From a bacterium (GTDB lineage Bacteria; RBG-13-61-14; DATKZS01), in the NCBI GenBank assembly GCA_963674965.2, contig CAXXFL010000005.1:448001-512000 (forward strand): a DNA stretch of 64,000 bases. Direction: 5' to 3'. The notes beneath the pieces were generated by a model. It did not search any database, had not been told where the DNA came from, and worked only from the letters and a program-made list of their open reading frames with translations. Position 1 is the stretch's first letter. Each line of letters begins with the position of its first letter. Below are positions 59,623-64,000 of this stretch, piece after piece. Position numbers and translations under genes: made by a program.

Positions 59623-61040
59623 AGCTCGGGACGTCCGACATGAGCCTTGGCGCCAAGTTCATCCTGGCCTCGGTGGCCGTGATCGTTATAACCACTTCCC
59701 TTATGTGCCTTTTGGTGCTGGACCGGTTCAGGGGAGAGCTGGAGGACGGCGTTGACATGCGCGCCCAGGCCCTGGCCGGCCAGTTGGGCGCCCTGGCGCG
59801 GCTTCCTCTCCGGGCGGGCGACCGGGAGAGCCTGGACAAGATAGCGAGGGACGCCCTTTTAGTGGAGGACCTGGTGGCGGTCGAGTTCAAGGGCGTTGAC
59901 GGCGAGACCCTGGCCAGTGTGGTCCGCCCGGATATCAAGGCCGGGCGCTCGATAACCAACGCCTATCCCGTTTTCCGGCGGGGAAGCGAGTTCAAGGACG
60001 AGATCGACCTTTTCACGGGCGACGCGGTGGAATCGGAAATGGAGGAGGTGGGCAAGGTCACCCTCGAGTTCAGCCTCGCCTCCATCGACCGGGCCGCCGC
60101 CAGGATGAGGGCCCGGATTTTCTCCGCCGCCGCAATTCTGGCGGCCGCGGCCATCCTGGTCAGCGTCCAGTTCGCCCGCCGTTTCACCGATCCCATCAGG
60201 AAGCTGATGGAGGGAGTGGAGAAGATAGGCTCGGGCGGCCTGGACCAGGAGATCGAGGTGGGAGCGGGAGGAGAGATCGGGGCCCTGGCCGATCACGTCA
60301 ACCAGATGTCTCGCGACCTCAGGAAGTCGGTGGACCAGATGATCCAGCAGGAAAAGATGGCCACCCTGGGCAGGATGGCCTCGTGCGTGTCCCACGAGAT
60401 AGGCTCTCCCCTTAACTCGATCATGTTCTCGGCCGCCAATATTATCGAGGAGGTACAAGATGGGCCGGCCAGGGATAACGCCGAATCGATAGCTCTCCAG
60501 ACTAGGCGGATGAGGGACACCATCCGGAACCTGCTCGATTACGCTCGGGCCCCGTCGGACGCGGCCGAGGAGGTAAACCTGGCCCGGGCGCTTGATGAGG
60601 CCCTTTTGGTGCTCGCCGCTCCCATTAAAAAGGCCGGCTTCACGGTGGAAAAGGATTTGCCCCTTTCCTTGCCGCGCGCCCTGGCGGTGAAGAACCTTTG
60701 TGTCCAGGTTTTTATCAACGTGGTTAAAAACGCCATGGAGGCCGCGGGGCCGGACGGCAAAGTCGTAATACGGGCCCGCGCTCTGGATGGAGATGAAAAT
60801 GGAAAGCCGGACATGATCGAGGTCTCCCTCCAGGACAACGGCCCCGGCCTACCTGGCGAAGAAATTGCGAAAATTTTCGAGCCCTTCTATACCAGCAAGC
60901 CCGAGGGGCAAGGGACCGGGCTGGGCCTTACGGTCTGCGCCCAGATCATGTCGAGTCAGGGTGGAAGCATTCGGGCGGAAACGGCGGAGGGGGAAGGCTC
61001 GATATTTTACCTCGAGTTCCAGGCGATCGAGGAATCGTGA
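59619..61040 (+). CDS. Sensor histidine kinase (2 TM, HAMP, HisKA, HATPase)
   Basis: EKMATLG, HEIGSPL, N.VKNA, DNGPG, FEPFYTSK..GTGLGL. Confidence 0.93.
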   Translation: MKLGTSDMSLGAKFILASVAVIVITTSLMCLLVLDRFRGELEDGVDMRAQALAGQLGALARLPLRAGDRESLDKIARDALLVEDLVAVEFKGVDGETLASVVRPDIKAGRSITNAYPVFRRGSEFKDEIDLFTGDAVESEMEEVGKVTLEFSLASIDRAAARMRARIFSAAAILAAAAILVSVQFARRFTDPIRKLMEGVEKIGSGGLDQEIEVGAGGEIGALADHVNQMSRDLRKSVDQMIQQEKMATLGRMASCVSHEIGSPLNSIMFSAANIIEEVQDGPARDNAESIALQTRRMRDTIRNLLDYARAPSDAAEEVNLARALDEALLVLAAPIKKAGFTVEKDLPLSLPRALAVKNLCVQVFINVVKNAMEAAGPDGKVVIRARALDGDENGKPDMIEVSLQDNGPGLPGEEIAKIFEPFYTSKPEGQGTGLGLTVCAQIMSSQGGSIRAETAEGEGSIFYLEFQAIEES

Positions 61041-61061
61041 AAAAGTTCATTTTAAGGATAT

Positions 61062-61248
61062 GAGCTTCTTGCAAAAGTCCTTTTCTTTACGGCATAGCCG
61101 CTTTGGAGTGCTCTCGCTTGAGACCGCTTTCGATGGCCTTGGCTTGACAAGGCCTAATAATACGCTGGCTTGCCTCGCGTCAAGCCGCTCGGAAGAAAAG
61201 CGGCGTCGAACCGCCGCACTCCTAAAGCGGGAATTTTGCATGAGGCTC
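61062..61248. mobile_element. MITE copy 4 (187 bp)
   Basis: Same TIRs; GATAT duplicated at both flanks. Confidence 0.85.
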
Positions 61249-61320
61249 GATATGTTCCGCTGATGACTGGACTTGATTTTAACGGGAAAGGGCTTTGTCT
61301 GGAGGAAATTGTAACCAACG

Positions 61321-61427
61321 GCGCACATAACCGCGCACGATTGTGCGCAATGATAAGACGTTGATTTATTTTAATAATAGTGGAAAACTCGGCCAAAGCG
61401 GAGTGAAAACTGTACACCATCGTGCGC
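61321..61427. promoter_or_regulatory. Putative enhancer palindromes plus IHF site
   Basis: GCGCAC-N4-GTGCGC (61333-61348), GTACAC-N4-GTGCGC (61412-61427); AATCAACGTCTTA on minus strand (61354-61366) matches WATCAANNNNTTR. Confidence 0.6.
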
Positions 61428-61500
61428 GCTTTGCCGTTCGGTATAATCAGGTGAAATATTTTCCTCTTATAAATCAGGTACAAACAAGTTTGGCATTTCC

Positions 61501-61516
61501 TGGCACATCGATTGCT
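61501..61516 (+). promoter_or_regulatory. sigma54 promoter
   Basis: TGGCAC-ATCGA-TTGCT, 21 nt before the ATG. Confidence 0.85.
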
Positions 61517-61537
61517 ATTAAAAGGGGCAAGGAACGA

Positions 61538-64000
61538 ATGAAAGGGTTTTTTAAATATTTTGGCGCTTTTTTAATTCTGGCCGCGGCCGTGGTCGCTTGG
61601 GGCGCTTTTATACCGACCGCCAACGCGGCCACTTGCGGCGTGGGGGTCTGCGGAGACGGTTTCCTTGACGCGGGCGAGGAATGCGACGATGGCAACCTCA
61701 CCCCTGGAGACGGCTGCTCCGCGGACTGCACGGAGTCTTTCAACATGGTGGTGGGTAGCCCGCTCATTAACTATTCCGGTGATCAGCCTAGGCCCATGCT
61801 CGCGGTGGACCTAAACAACGACGGCATAAAGGACTTGGTCGTGGGCACGGGTTATTCCGCTTTTCTTCACGTCTATCTGATCAGTGAAGAGGGAGACCTG
61901 ATACCGACGGCGACCTATTCCATGGGCAGCTTCGTTTACTGGATGGCCTCGGGGGATCTTAACGGCGATCATTTCACCGACTTGGTGACGGTGGACATGA
62001 ACACCGACCAGATGCATATCTTCTTTGGAAACGGCGACGGCACGCTCGCCTTGGCCACAATCTTTTATCCCGGCGACCGTCCCTGGTCGGTCTCGGTCGG
62101 GGACGTGAACCATGACGGATTCGAGGATATCGTGGTGGCCACCCGCAACACTCATCGTTTCGTGGTGTACCATGGGGACGGGGCGGGCAACTTTACCCAG
62201 GACCTTTCCATCGACACGGGCGGCGACACGAAAATCTCGGCTATAACCGACCTTGACAACGACGGCTATAACGATCTTATCCTGGGGTCGGGCGACGAGA
62301 CTTACGGCGTTCCTTCCCTCAAGACCTACTTCGGGTCCCAAGATGGACTTACCCTTAACCAGACGCTCGCCACCGACGGTCTTATCTCCGGCATAAGCGT
62401 GATAGACCTCGACCACGACGGATACATGGACCTGATCACCGCCGGCGGCAGTATGGTTCGCGCTTATTTGAACCTTGGTAACGGGGATTTTTCCCTCGCC
62501 ACGGCCGAGAATACCGGCGATAGAGGCTACAGGATGGACCTGGCTGACTTCGACAATGACGGCAACAAGGACGTTACCCTTCGCGCCCGTGACACGAGCG
62601 AAATGAGAATCCTTCTCGGCGACGGCATGGGATGGTTCAAGGACGTCTGGCATTACCGGGTGTCCTCCGCGGCGGAGCCTGGCATGGGTCTGGCCCTCGA
62701 CCTCGACCGGGACGGCGTGCCCGACGCGCTGGTCTCGGTAATGGGCGACTCGAACCTCGTCCCCATTTACAACCATAATTATTACCAGTTTCCGAGGTGC
62801 GGGGACTCCCGGATAGGGAGAGGAGAGAACTGCGATGACGGCAACTCGGAGAGCGGCGACGGCTGCTCTTCGGTTTGCCGTCTCGAGTCCACGGGCGACA
62901 CGGACGGCGACGGCCTGACCGACGGCGAGGAGACGGTCGTTTACTTAACGGACCCTCTTAACCCGGACACGGACGGGGACTGCGTCTTCGACGGGGAGGA
63001 GGTCTGCTCGGGCGCGGACCCCCTCGATCCCGCGGACCAGGAAGGCTGCCAGGCCATCGTCGCCCCCGAGGGACGGTGGAGGATCAAAGTGACCCTGCTC
63101 GAGGCCTCGGCCGGGCTGTCCTCCGACGTCTACCTGGCCGAGCCGGCCGTCGAGCGCCTGATCGTGAACAGCCTTAAAAACGTGGGCAAGATCACCGTGA
63201 CCGACGTTGTCGGAGGCGACCCGGTGTCCTTCTTCGTCAGGGTGGACGGAAGACCCTGGGGACTGGGAAAATACGATCATTACTCCGATTCCGAGTTCGG
63301 CCGCGTGGCCAGAATCGACGCTTATACTTATACCGTCGGCTTCGAGGACCTGCCCGTGGACATGGCCGACTGGGACTTCGACGACGTGGTGATCCTGGTC
63401 GAGTTCATCCCTATCGACCCCGCGGTGGGAATAGCCGTCAACGCCCTCTCCGAGTTCGAGATCACCAAAAAGACCGACCTGGCCGATGAAACCAGCGTGA
63501 CCCTGGACTTTGACGGCCACTCCTCACTCAAGGTCCCCAGGTCCGTCCTGTCCGACCAGGTGGGCATAACCCTCACCGCCGGCCTGCCCGAAAAATATAT
63601 GGACGTCTGGGAGCCGAACATTTTAGGAGGGTTCCGCAAGATTCTCTTGACCAACGGGGCGACCACGACCTCGGAGCCCATCCAGATAAGCGTCCTGTAC
63701 GAGGACTCGAACGACGACGACATGCTGGACGGCACGATCATATATGAGGACGAACTGAAAATCTTTCTTTACGACGAGGAAAAAGCCGAATGGATGGCGC
63801 TTCCCTCCTCCGTGGACGCCAACGCCAACCTGGTGACCGCGGCAAGCGTCAGGCTTTCTCTGGTGGCTATTGGCGCGAGTCCGACCCACAAGGGTAAAGA
63901 CCACGCCGGTACCGTAAACGACGGCGGATGGTTCGGATGTTCCCTTACCTCCCATGACGGTGGAGCCAAAGGCCCGTGGGCGGCTTGGCAGATTCTGCTT
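61538..64000 (+). CDS. Large secreted/surface protein: Cys-rich repeats, FG-GAP propeller, TSP3-like repeats, DUF4114-like domain, MYXO-CTERM-like tail (runs off window)
   Basis: Absent from the ORF track; my translation gives [19 protein letters not shown]..., [31 protein letters not shown] repeats, [29 protein letters not shown]...WAAWQILL. Confidence 0.85.
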   Translation, partial: MKGFFKYFGAFLILAAAVVAWGAFIPTANAATCGVGVCGDGFLDAGEECDDGNLTPGDGCSADCTESFNMVVGSPLINYSGDQPRPMLAVDLNNDGIKDLVVGTGYSAFLHVYLISEEGDLIPTATYSMGSFVYWMASGDLNGDHFTDLVTVDMNTDQMHIFFGNGDGTLALATIFYPGDRPWSVSVGDVNHDGFEDIVVATRNTHRFVVYHGDGAGNFTQDLSIDTGGDTKISAITDLDNDGYNDLILGSGDETYGVPSLKTYFGSQDGLTLNQTLATDGLISGISVIDLDHDGYMDLITAGGSMVRAYLNLGNGDFSLATAENTGDRGYRMDLADFDNDGNKDVTLRARDTSEMRILLGDGMGWFKDVWHYRVSSAAEPGMGLALDLDRDGVPDALVSVMGDSNLVPIYNHNYYQFPRCGDSRIGRGENCDDGNSESGDGCSSVCRLESTGDTDGDGLTDGEETVVYLTDPLNPDTDGDCVFDGEEVCSGADPLDPADQEGCQAIVAPEGRWRIKVTLLEASAGLSSDVYLAEPAVERLIVNSLKNVGKITVTDVVGGDPVSFFVRVDGRPWGLGKYDHYSDSEFGRVARIDAYTYTVGFEDLPVDMADWDFDDVVILVEFIPIDPAVGIAVNALSEFEITKKTDLADETSVTLDFDGHSSLKVPRSVLSDQVGITLTAGLPEKYMDVWEPNILGGFRKILLTNGATTTSEPIQISVLYEDSNDDDMLDGTIIYEDELKIFLYDEEKAEWMALPSSVDANANLVTAASVRLSLVAIGASPTHKGKDHAGTVNDGGWFGCSLTSHDGGAKGPWAAWQILL

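Noticed and set aside
1-64000. CRISPR array, rRNA, transposase or phage genes
   Set aside because: No regularly spaced direct repeats or diagnostic motifs seen

Overview
GC-rich bacterial chromosomal segment. The gene content (giant TPR protein, Myxococcus-type Cys-rich repeats, MYXO-CTERM-like tail, PilZ protein, LPS genes) suggests a Myxococcota/deltaproteobacterial-type diderm. It has about 45 CDS, mostly envelope, glycosylation and metabolic genes, plus tRNA-Gln(CTG) and tRNA-Glu(CTC). Most notable: (1) a sigma54 regulator / TonB-dependent receptor / periplasmic binding protein / histidine kinase operon directly upstream of a consensus sigma54 promoter, with palindromic enhancer-like sites and an IHF site, that drives a large surface protein; (2) a ~187-bp MITE family (3 full copies with target-site duplications, 1 truncated) with a palindromic REP-like core; (3) a leader-peptide/terminator attenuator upstream of a MATE pump; (4) an ODP-type di-iron sensor beside a binding protein + dCache chemoreceptor operon; (5) a giant TPR protein coupled to a TMTC-like glycosyltransferase; (6) a small low-GC island with an Abi/HEPN-like gene. 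All family calls come from motif recognition by eye, not from database searches.
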